Positions 29,048 to 38,937 of a stretch of 64,000 nucleotides of DNA are shown in pieces (the stretch's first letter is position 1; each line of letters begins with the position of its first letter). Position numbers and translations under genes: made by a program. Below the pieces are notes generated by a model. It had not been told where the DNA came from. It saw only the letters and a program-made list of their open reading frames with translations, and searched no databases. Source of the stretch: Clostridiaceae bacterium. Its GTDB lineage: Bacteria; Bacillota; Clostridia; CAYPLH01; DUMO01. The stretch covers positions 1 to 64,000 of the forward strand of contig DUMO01000054.1 of assembly GCA_012839865.1 (NCBI GenBank), in the 5' to 3' direction.

Positions 29048-31135
29048 ATGAAAGCTTATACTACGGATAAAATCCGCAACATATGCTTGATGTCCCATGG
29101 AGGAGCCGGTAAAACCACTTTGGCCGAAGCGATGTTGTATAACTGCGGAGCAATAGAAAGGATGGGTAAAGTAACTGACGGAAATACGGTATCCGACTAT
29201 GACCCGGAAGAAATAAAAAGAAGCATATCCATAAGTACTTCGATAATGCCTTGCGAATGGAAAGGGTACAAGATTAATGTAATTGACACACCGGGGTACT
29301 TTGATTTTGTTGGGGAAGTTATGCAAGGTATTCGTGTTGCCGACGGAGCAGTTATTCTTGTTCACGCCAAAGGCGGAGTTCAGGTTGGTACTGAAAAGGC
29401 ATGGGCTTATGCAAACCAGTATGGCATGCCCAGAATGTTTTATATAAACAAGATGGATGAAGAGCACGCTGACTTTGATGCAACTTACAATCAGTTAAAA
29501 GAAATGTTTGGAGTAGGTGTTGTTGCATTTCAGCTTCCTATCATGGAAAATGGCAAATTCACAGGTGTAGTTGACGTACTTAACATGAAGGCGAAAAAGT
29601 TTGACAGCAGGGGTAATGCCATAGATGCAGAGATTCCTGCGTCATTATTCGATAAAGTGCAGGAAATTAAAGACTCTCTCAATGAAGCAATTGCAGAGAA
29701 TGATGAAGAGCTTATGGAAAAGTTCTTCGGCGGCGAGGAATTCACACCTGAAGAAATAAGCAGAGGCTTGAAAATCGGTTTGAGTGACGGTTCCCTTGTT
29801 CCTGTATTTTGCGGTGCTGCTTTCAACAATCAGGGTGTACAGACTTTGCTGGACGGAATTATAGATTTCATGCCCGCGCCCGATGCCAAAGGCAGTGTAA
29901 AGGCAAAGAAAGCCGGCAGCGGCGAAGATATTGAAGTTAAAGTCGCTGAGAGCGAACCTCTTTCCGCTCTTGTGTTCAAGACAATTGCCGATCCTTTTGT
30001 GGGAAAGATATCTTTATTCAAGGTATACTCAGGAGCACTGAAAGCCGATTCCACCGTGTATAACACAGATAAGGAAAAGACTGAAAAGATTGCCCAGATC
30101 TTTTACCTGCAAGGCAAGGAAAAGATTTCTGCAGCTAAGATTGTGGCCGGAGATATCGCAGCAGTTGCCAAGCTTCAGTTGACAGGCACCAATGATACAT
30201 TATGCGACCAGGCAAATCCGGTTGTTCTTGAAAAGATTTCATTCCCGGAACCTGCAATATCACTTGCAGTTGAACCCAAGGCAAAGGGAGATGAAGAAAA
30301 GATCAGCTCCGGACTTCAAAAATTGCAGGATGAAGACCCAACCTTCAAGGTTGAAGTCAATGCCGAAACAAAGCAGATTTTGATATCCGGTGTTGGAGAA
30401 CAGCATCTTGACGTAGTTGTAAGCAAGCTTAAAGCAAAATTTAACGTGTCGGTTGACCTTAAAGACCCGAAGGTTCCCTATCGCGAAACCATCAGGAGAA
30501 AGGTCAAGGTTGAAGGAAAGCATAAGAAGCAATCCGGCGGACACGGGCAATATGGACATGTATTTATTGAGTTTGAACCGGGAGAACAGGAAGACCTTAC
30601 ATTTGAAGAAAAAATATTTGGCGGTGCGGTTCCCAGGCAGTATTTCCCTGCCGTTGAAAAAGGTTTGCGTGAAAGCATACAAAAAGGTGTACTTGCAGGT
30701 TATCCTGTAGTTAACCTTAAGGCAACCCTGGTGGATGGTTCATTCCATCCTGTAGACTCCTCTGAAATGGCATTTAAAATTGCAGCCAGCCTTGCTTATA
30801 AGAAAGGTATGGAAGAAGCCAATCCCGTGCTGCTTGAACCTATAGCCCATGTTGAAGTATATGTGCCCGACAGCTACATGGGAGATATTATCGGAGACCT
30901 TAACAAACGCCGTGGAAGAATTCTTGGAATGAATCCTCAGGGTGGAGGAATCCAGCAGGTTGTAGCCGAGGTTCCGCAGGCTGAAATGTTCAAATACGCA
31001 ACTGATTTGCGGTCAATGACCCAGGGAAGGGGCCATTTCAAACTCTGGTTTGAAAGATATGAGGAGGCTCCGCCGAACGTTGCCCAGAAGGTTATTGAAA
31101 CAGCCAAGAAGGAGAAAGAGGACGAAGCTGAATAA
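29048..31135 (+). CDS. fusA: Elongation factor G paralog (EF-G2/FusA2 type)
   Basis: Full five-domain EF-G with DTPG and NKMD, but divergent G1 (SHGGAGKT) and switch I (KRSISI); not in an rpsL-rpsG operon. Confidence 0.9.
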   Translation: MKAYTTDKIRNICLMSHGGAGKTTLAEAMLYNCGAIERMGKVTDGNTVSDYDPEEIKRSISISTSIMPCEWKGYKINVIDTPGYFDFVGEVMQGIRVADGAVILVHAKGGVQVGTEKAWAYANQYGMPRMFYINKMDEEHADFDATYNQLKEMFGVGVVAFQLPIMENGKFTGVVDVLNMKAKKFDSRGNAIDAEIPASLFDKVQEIKDSLNEAIAENDEELMEKFFGGEEFTPEEISRGLKIGLSDGSLVPVFCGAAFNNQGVQTLLDGIIDFMPAPDAKGSVKAKKAGSGEDIEVKVAESEPLSALVFKTIADPFVGKISLFKVYSGALKADSTVYNTDKEKTEKIAQIFYLQGKEKISAAKIVAGDIAAVAKLQLTGTNDTLCDQANPVVLEKISFPEPAISLAVEPKAKGDEEKISSGLQKLQDEDPTFKVEVNAETKQILISGVGEQHLDVVVSKLKAKFNVSVDLKDPKVPYRETIRRKVKVEGKHKKQSGGHGQYGHVFIEFEPGEQEDLTFEEKIFGGAVPRQYFPAVEKGLRESIQKGVLAGYPVVNLKATLVDGSFHPVDSSEMAFKIAASLAYKKGMEEANPVLLEPIAHVEVYVPDSYMGDIIGDLNKRRGRILGMNPQGGGIQQVVAEVPQAEMFKYATDLRSMTQGRGHFKLWFERYEEAPPNVAQKVIETAKKEKEDEAE

Positions 31136-31183
31136 AAGCAGCCTGACTGATGAAAACCGGAAATTTAAATTAAAGTTCAGCAT

Positions 31184-31211
31184 AAAAAAGAGACGAAAGT
31201 CTCTTTTTTTT
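31184..31211 (+). terminator. Intrinsic terminator
   Basis: AAAAAAGAGAC-GAAA-GTCTCTTTTTTTT. Confidence 0.85.
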
Positions 31212-31320
31212 GTCAGGTTTGCCGAATAAACCCTGAGGACTCTGCTCAAAAAACACCCGAGGTTTACCTGCCTGGGACATTTCGCCTTTATTACTCTTAC
31301 ATGCCGGGTTTATATGTTTG

Positions 31321-31560
31321 TTATCCAATTACGTTTGTTATTAAATATCTACAATTACCACAAATCTTATGGGAAGACCCATACCCTGCATGCTGAAAGT
31401 AAGGGCAATCATCGAAGCTATGATATTGATTACTTAAAAATTCATCGTCAGGCGCCATCTCGCAAGAACAGTGAAGGGTTTTTGTTCTTGTAATGACACC
31501 AAATACAAGCTCCTTTTGAATGACAAGCTGGCCCCTGCACCCTACGGCATATTTTTTCAA
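31321..31560 (-). CDS. Possible small Cys-rich protein
   Basis: 79-aa ORF with CSC, C and CGNC clusters in an otherwise empty gap; no clear RBS. Confidence 0.3.
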   Translation of the reverse strand: MKKYAVGCRGQLVIQKELVFGVITRTKTLHCSCEMAPDDEFLSNQYHSFDDCPYFQHAGYGSSHKICGNCRYLITNVIG

Positions 31561-31871
31561 AATTGTTGGAATATTTTATATTTATGTTAACTGCAACCGG
31601 GAAATAGCTTTTGAACAAAAATGCATATACGCTTTTTTTATGACGGCATACTACAATATATTGTCAAAAACTTGCCTGATAAATTGCTTAATTTAATTTT
31701 TCGCAAACCTTTGCATACAGGATATTGGTAATTATTTGGTGATAATTGTCTGGAAAATAACAACGTGCTCTGCGGAAAATGACAAACTTTTTCCGGGCTC
31801 TCCCTTATAATCTAGATTGCCGTACGAATAGCAGCTTTACAGATGACAAACAAACAGGAGGGTTACGAAAG

Positions 31872-34271
31872 ATGAAAGGGCAGACATTGCCGGATACCAA
31901 TTTTAAAAATATTGCGGAAAGCTATGGGAAAATCAAAGCAAGCAGCATATTAAAAGCAATACTCACCAGGAAAAATTTTTTGCTTGTACTTATCTCATTT
32001 TTAATGGGGAGGGCATCTTTACTTGATGGACTTATGCCCTTCGGCTTTGCATTATTTGCGGCGGCAACAGGCCTTGGCCTGAACAGGCTGGTTATTGCCA
32101 TGGGTCTGGTGCTGGGAATGCTTACAGTACAAGCAGGGGAGCAATTATACATCTCTATGTTTGCAATGATTCTCTTTATTGCATTTGGGTTTGTATTTAA
32201 TCTTAATGACAGCAAGGCAAAATTGAAACATGCTATTGCAGCCTTTTTTTCTGTTGCTGTCCCGGGAATTGCAACAGTATACCTGGAAGGTTTTCTGATG
32301 TATGATTTAATGAGGTTGGTGCTGTATGACTCCCTGGTTTTCTGTCTGGTATTTATATTTAAGTATTCTTTGAGAGCCCTGACGGACATTTCAGGTTACG
32401 GGCTCTTTACAAGCGAAGAGCTCATAAGTATGGCAATTACGGTGGCCCTTTTATTATCAGGGGTTAACAACATTTCAATAGCAGGCATATCGGTAAGAAA
32501 CGCATTGAGTATTTTTATAATACTGGTATTGAGCAACAAGTGCGGTGCCGGAGCCGGTGCATCAATAGGAGTGGCAATTGGTCTCATTATCAGCATTTCA
32601 TCCCCTGCTGCACCGGTAATTATTGGAGTATATGCTTTTTGCGGGCTTCTTTCGGGCATTTTCAGAAACATGGGGAAAATTGGATCCATTCTTGGATTTG
32701 TTTTCGGAAACGCAATTCTCACATTTCACATAAATGGCTCAACAGAAGTGCTGATTCATATAAAGGAAATACTGGCGGGGGCTTTTCTGTTTCTTATAAT
32801 ACCCCAAAAATATCTTGAAGTTTTTTCGGGTTTATATAGAAAAACAGCAGCGGATTTCGGAGAGGATAAACGGGATGGTGGAAAAAGAATCAAGGAAATG
32901 ACCGTGCACAAGCTGAGAAACTTTTCCAGGGCGTTTAAATGCCTTGCCAAAACATATGAGGAAGTGGCCGAGACAAAAACTGTTTCAAGCAAACAAAACA
33001 TATCCATATTGCTTGACAACATTGCCGCCAAAGTATGCAAAGGATGCAATTCCTGCAAGTACTGCTGGGACAGTAATTTTTACAGTACATATCAATCTTT
33101 TTTTCAAATGGTTGAAAAGCTTGAAGCCAGTGGATGGGTTGGCATTGAAGATATGCCGGAAACCTTATCGAAAAACTGTGAACGCCTCAATACCCTGTTG
33201 AATGAAGCCAACAGTTGTTACGAGGTTTTTAAAGTTGATGCGGTGTGGAAGAATAAAGTCAATGAAATACGTGAGATAATATCACAGCAACTGAATGGCT
33301 TATCGGGGCTGATTAAGGGATTGGCAACCGAAGTAAACAGTGATGAAGTTTTCAGAGGAGACCTTGAGTGCCTGATAAGTGAAAACCTGTCCGAAGCCGG
33401 AATAATTGTTGATGAGGTTGTTGTGTTAATCAATAAAACAAACAGGTATGAGGTGCGAATCACCCATAAGGGATGCAAGGGAAGAAGAGACTGCATTAAT
33501 ATCATTGAAAAAAATGTCACAAAAATACTGGGAAGCAAAATGAAAAAGGAACAGTCAAAATGCTACCGGAAGGATGGAAAATGCTTTCTTAAACTGGTGG
33601 AAGAGGAGTTGTTAAATATTACGGTGGGTGTGGCGGCAATACCGAAGGATGGGAAATTGCAGTCCGGGGATTGCTATACTTTTTTGAATACAGGAGAAGG
33701 GAAATTCATCGCTGCGTTGAGTGACGGCATGGGAACCGGATATGGTGCAGAGACTGAAAGCAATATTGTAATCAACCTTCTTGAAGAGCTTGTAGATTCC
33801 GGATTTGATGTGGACACAACCGTAAACATGATAAATTCCATACTTCTTGTAAAGTCCGATAAAGACAATTTTGCCACAATTGACCTTACCGTAGTTGATT
33901 TGCATAGCGGAGAAACGGAATTTGTCAAAGTCGGAGCTGCACCGACCTTTGTGAAGAAAAATGAAAATGTGAGGATAATCAGAAGAGTTTCACTTCCTGC
34001 AGGTATTTTAAGCAATGTGGAGACAGAGCTTATGCGGCATACTGTTAAAAGCGGGGATTTCATAATTATGATGACTGACGGCGTTTATGATTCTTTTGAT
34101 GAAGCGGAGAATAACAGTACCACAATTATGGATTACCTGTCCATGATAAGCACCCGTAACCCCCAGGAAATGGCTGATAATATACTGAATAAAGCCATCC
34201 ACAACAATCAGGACAGGCCCCGGGATGATATGCTGGTGCTTGTTGCCAAGGTGTGGTCCAGGTTGGGATAA
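31872..34271 (+). CDS. spoIIE: Stage II sporulation protein E (membrane PP2C phosphatase)
   Basis: About ten N-terminal TM segments, CxxCxxCxxCW motif, SGD, LSDGMG and MMTDGV PP2C motifs. Start at 31872 with AGGAGG. Confidence 0.92.
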   Translation: MKGQTLPDTNFKNIAESYGKIKASSILKAILTRKNFLLVLISFLMGRASLLDGLMPFGFALFAAATGLGLNRLVIAMGLVLGMLTVQAGEQLYISMFAMILFIAFGFVFNLNDSKAKLKHAIAAFFSVAVPGIATVYLEGFLMYDLMRLVLYDSLVFCLVFIFKYSLRALTDISGYGLFTSEELISMAITVALLLSGVNNISIAGISVRNALSIFIILVLSNKCGAGAGASIGVAIGLIISISSPAAPVIIGVYAFCGLLSGIFRNMGKIGSILGFVFGNAILTFHINGSTEVLIHIKEILAGAFLFLIIPQKYLEVFSGLYRKTAADFGEDKRDGGKRIKEMTVHKLRNFSRAFKCLAKTYEEVAETKTVSSKQNISILLDNIAAKVCKGCNSCKYCWDSNFYSTYQSFFQMVEKLEASGWVGIEDMPETLSKNCERLNTLLNEANSCYEVFKVDAVWKNKVNEIREIISQQLNGLSGLIKGLATEVNSDEVFRGDLECLISENLSEAGIIVDEVVVLINKTNRYEVRITHKGCKGRRDCINIIEKNVTKILGSKMKKEQSKCYRKDGKCFLKLVEEELLNITVGVAAIPKDGKLQSGDCYTFLNTGEGKFIAALSDGMGTGYGAETESNIVINLLEELVDSGFDVDTTVNMINSILLVKSDKDNFATIDLTVVDLHSGETEFVKVGAAPTFVKKNENVRIIRRVSLPAGILSNVETELMRHTVKSGDFIIMMTDGVYDSFDEAENNSTTIMDYLSMISTRNPQEMADNILNKAIHNNQDRPRDDMLVLVAKVWSRLG

Positions 34272-34378
34272 AAAACCATGTATAATTTGCAAAAAATTAA
34301 CATAAACTACCTTGGAAAAACTAATACTGTTGTGCGAAAGAAAAGTACTGTTGTCATAATTTCGTGCGGAGGCTTTAT

Positions 34379-34735
34379 ATGGTTAACGGGATTTCCAAAA
34401 AAATAGTTGTAATAAAAAATGTGCCGTCCAATATAATAGAGGAAGCAATTTTGATACTCAAAAATGATAACGACAAGTACGAAGCAGCAGCCATAAACAG
34501 TGAAGCGGCCAGGAAGAGAAGAAAATGGAAGAATGAATATCTTCTGAAGGAGGCGGAAGATATAATAAGCGCCTTTATTAAAGAGCATAACATAATGGAT
34601 GGCAGTACCATGAAAAAATTAGATAAAAATGAAACCCAGAATAAAAACAAGAGTTTCATTACCAATACAGTTATCAATTCCGCTTTGGTATGCAGTATTT
34701 TGCTTTTATTATACGTCATAACCAGGATTATATAA
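34379..34735 (+). CDS. Conserved-looking hypothetical protein with a C-terminal TM anchor
   Basis: KKIVVIKNVPSNIIEEAILILK; GGAGG RBS. Confidence 0.75.
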   Translation: MVNGISKKIVVIKNVPSNIIEEAILILKNDNDKYEAAAINSEAARKRRKWKNEYLLKEAEDIISAFIKEHNIMDGSTMKKLDKNETQNKNKSFITNTVINSALVCSILLLLYVITRII

Positions 34736-35107
34736 CCGGTGGCTGCATTTATGCATTTTGCCGGTCTGAGTGCTCTCAACTGTTTATATAGGTAGTCGCA
34801 TTATATTTTAATTTATAAGCTCAGAACAAGCCTGTCCATTCATTTTTTTCCGTGAACCGAAATACTATTATTATCATGGCAAGCTTTTTGTCTGCAAGAT
34901 TATATCTCCAGCCTTCTAAACTTTTTTATTCTTGCTGAAGCTGCACAGGTTATACCCTGTTCTATGGTTGGGATAGGCTATGCCAATTGAAGCTTGTGTA
35001 AACAATATGTTATAATTTATAGAGGATCAGGAAATACAATAATAAGATTCCGTATACCATATTTTAAATTTTATGGGGCATTTAAATTAAGTATTTTAGA
35101 GGTCAAA

Positions 35108-35851
35108 ATGAAAAGTCCGATTATTGAAGTTAAAAACCTGACAAAAAAATATGGTAAGTTCATTGCTCTCAACGATATCAATCTTGAGATTGAAAAAGGC
35201 GAAATATTCGGTCTTGTCGGCCCGAATGCGGCAGGCAAATCCACTTTCATTTCTATCCTTACAGGACTTATCAAGCCTACCGGTGGTGACATTTTTGTAA
35301 AGGGATTCAGTGTTTTGAAGAACAGTTCAAAAATCAAAAGCCTTCTGGGGTATGTTCCCCAGGATGTTGCCCTTTATCCCATGCTGTCAGGGCTTGACAA
35401 CCTAAACTTTTGGGCTGGCATATATGGCTTAAAGGGACAGGAGAAGAAGAAGAGAATCAATGATGTTCTTTCCATAGTTCAACTGGAAGACAGGGCAAGA
35501 CAAAAGGTGGATGAATATTCGGGCGGCATGAAACGCCGGTTGAACATTGCTGTGGCATTGATTCACAATCCTGAAATCATAATCATGGATGAGCCGGTTG
35601 TAGGGGTGGATGTCCTGTCCAAAAAATTCATCCTGGATGCCCTTAAAGATTTGAAAAAAAGTGGCCGCACCATTTTGATTACAAGCCATTATATAAATGA
35701 ACTGGCGGAGCTGTGTGACAGAATTGCGCTGCTGGACAGGGGCAGGATAAAAATGTCGGGCCAGGTTAAGGATATTTTAAAACACTATGGAACTGAAAAC
35801 CTTGAGGAAGTCATGATATCAGTCTTCGGGGGATATCATGATGAAGGGTAG
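35108..35851 (+). CDS. ABC exporter ATP-binding protein
   Basis: GPNAAGKS, YSGGMKRRL, IIIMDEP. Start moved to 35108. Confidence 0.9.
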   Translation: MKSPIIEVKNLTKKYGKFIALNDINLEIEKGEIFGLVGPNAAGKSTFISILTGLIKPTGGDIFVKGFSVLKNSSKIKSLLGYVPQDVALYPMLSGLDNLNFWAGIYGLKGQEKKKRINDVLSIVQLEDRARQKVDEYSGGMKRRLNIAVALIHNPEIIIMDEPVVGVDVLSKKFILDALKDLKKSGRTILITSHYINELAELCDRIALLDRGRIKMSGQVKDILKHYGTENLEEVMISVFGGYHDEG

Positions 35852-35901
35852 TTTATTTCTGAATTCTGGATAAATAACAGGGTAAACAGGAGAGAGCGGA
35901 T

Positions 35902-37575
35902 ATGAAAAAGAAAGTATTAATTATAATTGTTCTTGTTTTGGCTATAGCTGCCGGGGGAGCGGCTTTATTGCGGACCCTTTTGTATAAGCACCCGATGGAG
36001 CTTTATATTGAAGCTGAAGGAAACTACCTCAATTCTTACATAAATGAGTTGAAGAGTTTATATAAAAATTTCCATGAATACAGTTTGCCGTACCTGTCCG
36101 GAAAATACAATACCGAATATGAGATTTGGGCTGAAGTGAATCCCGAGGGGCTTCCCGGGGAGTTTCAGAACATGGTTTCCCTTTTGAAAAATTTAAGAAT
36201 CAAAGTAAACGCCAATACTGATATGGACCTGGAGGGAGGTTCGGTTCTGGCTTCCCTTTTAATAGGGAATACACCTTTAGCGGACATTCATGCCTATTAC
36301 GACCGTCGGAACCTGTATTTTTCGATACCTGTCATCATGCCTGATACATGGTTTAAAGTGGACAGGGAACATGTTGGTGAAGTTTACCAATTGGTATCTG
36401 AAAGATATGGCATTGAGTTTATAAGGCCCAAATCTGCACCTGCCAAAGCAGGCTTTCACAATGCCTTTTATTTTTCGGAAAGTGATATGGACAGTTTGGC
36501 AAGGGATTACGGTTCTTTCCTCAAATCCTTCCTGAAGGAAGATAATTTAAGTTATGGAAGTACAGCTTCCTACATTGTAAATGATGAAAAAGTAAATGTC
36601 AGGGAAGTGGTTATAAGGCTTAGCCCCGATGAGATTGGCGGGCTGGTGGGGCAGCTTGCAGACAAGCTTGCAAATGACGAAGCTTTTTTGAAAGTTACCT
36701 TTGGGAACCTTTCCTCACTCGTCAATTATCTGGATAACACAGGGATTTTGCAAGCTTTGAAGTTTGTTGATATAAATGACTATAAGAAAACCCTGAACGG
36801 GGCAAATGATCCTGAGACTTTGAAAAAAATGCTGCTTTGGTTCAAAGATGTTTCTTTTAAAGGCGATGCAACAATGAGTGTACTGATTGGACCTAATGGA
36901 AATATTTTAAACAGGACAATTGAAATGCCTGTCAGGATACCGGGCGGAAGTGAATATACCATAAAGCTTGTTTCCGGGAAAAGCAGCATTAAAGAGGAAG
37001 GCAACAGATTTTTTGAGGTCGAGGTTGCAAGCGGGAAGACCGTCAGGTTTGGGGTGAATGAAAGCACCAATAATGCAACCGGGCAGGATGGCCGGGAAAA
37101 AGTTATAAAATTTTGGTATGATGATGGCTTCGTTGAAGAAAACGGCATTATAGAGATAATCGACAATATTGATGAGCTTACGTTGGTGAAAAACAAACGC
37201 ATAAGCTATGAACTTTCAGGTATAGACAAAAGGACAGGCAAAGCTGAAAGCATTAAGGGCTCAATTGAGATTCAGAGGATTGAAAATGACAAGTACAAAA
37301 CCCGGGATGAAAATTTACGTATAACAGCTGACATTGATTTATTTTCAAGAAATCTTGATATTTCTGGACTAGGTTTGAATATTAAGAGCAAAGATACCTT
37401 TGGAATTGAAAAGATTGAACCCTTGGACATAGCCGGAAAAGAAATAATTGTCCTTGACGATTTGACGGAAGAAGGTATAAGCCAGCTTGAAGGCCGGGTT
37501 CTAATGTCCTTCGGCATGTTTTATCTCAAAAACAAGGAACTTTTGGACAGCATAACGGTTTTTTCGGGGCAATAG
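35902..37575 (+). CDS. 557-aa membrane-anchored extracellular protein of unknown function
   Basis: Basic N-terminus plus one TM segment, then a long beta-rich soluble region; AGGAG RBS; sits inside the ABC operon. Confidence 0.8.
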   Translation: MKKKVLIIIVLVLAIAAGGAALLRTLLYKHPMELYIEAEGNYLNSYINELKSLYKNFHEYSLPYLSGKYNTEYEIWAEVNPEGLPGEFQNMVSLLKNLRIKVNANTDMDLEGGSVLASLLIGNTPLADIHAYYDRRNLYFSIPVIMPDTWFKVDREHVGEVYQLVSERYGIEFIRPKSAPAKAGFHNAFYFSESDMDSLARDYGSFLKSFLKEDNLSYGSTASYIVNDEKVNVREVVIRLSPDEIGGLVGQLADKLANDEAFLKVTFGNLSSLVNYLDNTGILQALKFVDINDYKKTLNGANDPETLKKMLLWFKDVSFKGDATMSVLIGPNGNILNRTIEMPVRIPGGSEYTIKLVSGKSSIKEEGNRFFEVEVASGKTVRFGVNESTNNATGQDGREKVIKFWYDDGFVEENGIIEIIDNIDELTLVKNKRISYELSGIDKRTGKAESIKGSIEIQRIENDKYKTRDENLRITADIDLFSRNLDISGLGLNIKSKDTFGIEKIEPLDIAGKEIIVLDDLTEEGISQLEGRVLMSFGMFYLKNKELLDSITVFSGQ

Positions 37576-37718
37576 CTTTATGGCTGCATAACTTTGCTGC
37601 AAATTTATGATGCAAGTCACTTGGATGAAGGCTATCCTGACCGTAGATCAGGTTGCCGGACGGTAAAACAAGTTTTACCGGGGCAATAGTTTAGAAATAT
37701 AAGGAGCATATAGGGGCA

Positions 37719-38933
37719 ATGTCTGCTTTCGTTTCACTGTTTAAAAACGATCTGAAGCTTTTTATGAAGGACTGGAAGGCGGTACTGCTTTTAATCAGCC
37801 TGCCGGTTCTTTTCATCATGCTTTTTTCATACACTCTTTCGGGTTATATCAACGAAAATGAATTTATAGAGCCCTTTGACATTGCCATTGTGGACAACGA
37901 GAACACCACCCAGACAAGGATGCTTATACGACAGCTTGAGGAAATGGATATATTTCGTAAAATTCTGCTATTGACTGAGGATGCAGCAAAGGAAAAGCTT
38001 GAGGAAAACCTGATTTCATCAATAATCATAATCCCGGAGGATTTTACAACCAGTATATCCCAGGGAATAAACAAGCCAATTAAGGTTATCGGAAACAAGC
38101 TTGCACCTCTGGACTCATATATAGTCCGCAACCTGGTGCAGAGCGCCTGCAACATGGTGTCTTCCGGGCAGAGCGCAATTAATGCGATTTATTACTACAA
38201 CAAGGCGGCGGGGCTTCCAGAAAGTGAACTTATACAGGAATATAATGCTTCTACTGCTTCAATTCTCATGGATGCCCTGGCAAGGGGCAATATTTTCAAC
38301 CGGTATGAAATGGCGGCAGGGCTTGACTTGACGGCCTTTGAGTATTTCACAGCGGCACTGATGACGGTATTTTTAATGCTTGCGGGGCTGCCGGGGTTGA
38401 AAATGCTTGTGACCGAAAGAGATCTTGGGCTATTTGACAGGTTGAAGGTGTCCCCTGTGAAGACATGGCAGATCATAATTTCAAAGTTTCTTGTAACTTT
38501 CATTTTATCTGCGATACAATTTTCAGCGACGCTATTTATTACGCTTTTTGTGTTTAAAAACTATTGGGGCACCAATGTAAAAAACATTATTTTCATTTTT
38601 GCCGCGACGCTGTTTTCAGTGTCCTGCTGGTCAATGTTGGTTTCTTCAATATCACGCACCCCAAAGGCCGCCGACCTGATTGGCAGTCTGGGGATACTGC
38701 TTATGGCTATAATAGGGGGGAATATTTATCCCCTGTCTTCCATGCCTGAAATCATACAGTATTTAAGCAAATTTACCGTCAACCGCTGGGCCATGGAGGG
38801 ATTCATGGCAATATTTTCGGGAAATCCTGCTCTTAAGGTTGGCAACTATGTTCTTCCGCTTTTGTTGTTGGGTGTCTCCATGCTAAGCATTGCTTTTGTG
38901 ATATATTATGCCGGCAGGACTGTTAGGGAGTGA
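37719..38933 (+). CDS. ABC-2 permease with a large extracellular domain
   Basis: IAIVDNENT, IIIPEDF, ERDLGLFDRLKVSP motifs; 1+5 TM topology. Confidence 0.88.
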   Translation: MSAFVSLFKNDLKLFMKDWKAVLLLISLPVLFIMLFSYTLSGYINENEFIEPFDIAIVDNENTTQTRMLIRQLEEMDIFRKILLLTEDAAKEKLEENLISSIIIIPEDFTTSISQGINKPIKVIGNKLAPLDSYIVRNLVQSACNMVSSGQSAINAIYYYNKAAGLPESELIQEYNASTASILMDALARGNIFNRYEMAAGLDLTAFEYFTAALMTVFLMLAGLPGLKMLVTERDLGLFDRLKVSPVKTWQIIISKFLVTFILSAIQFSATLFITLFVFKNYWGTNVKNIIFIFAATLFSVSCWSMLVSSISRTPKAADLIGSLGILLMAIIGGNIYPLSSMPEIIQYLSKFTVNRWAMEGFMAIFSGNPALKVGNYVLPLLLLGVSMLSIAFVIYYAGRTVRE

Positions 38934-38937
38934 TTCT

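Noticed and set aside
37576..37660. CAGGTTGCCG resembling the 3' end of a c-di-GMP-I riboswitch
   Set aside because: The GGCAAACC/GAAA/GGGACGCAAAGC core is missing.
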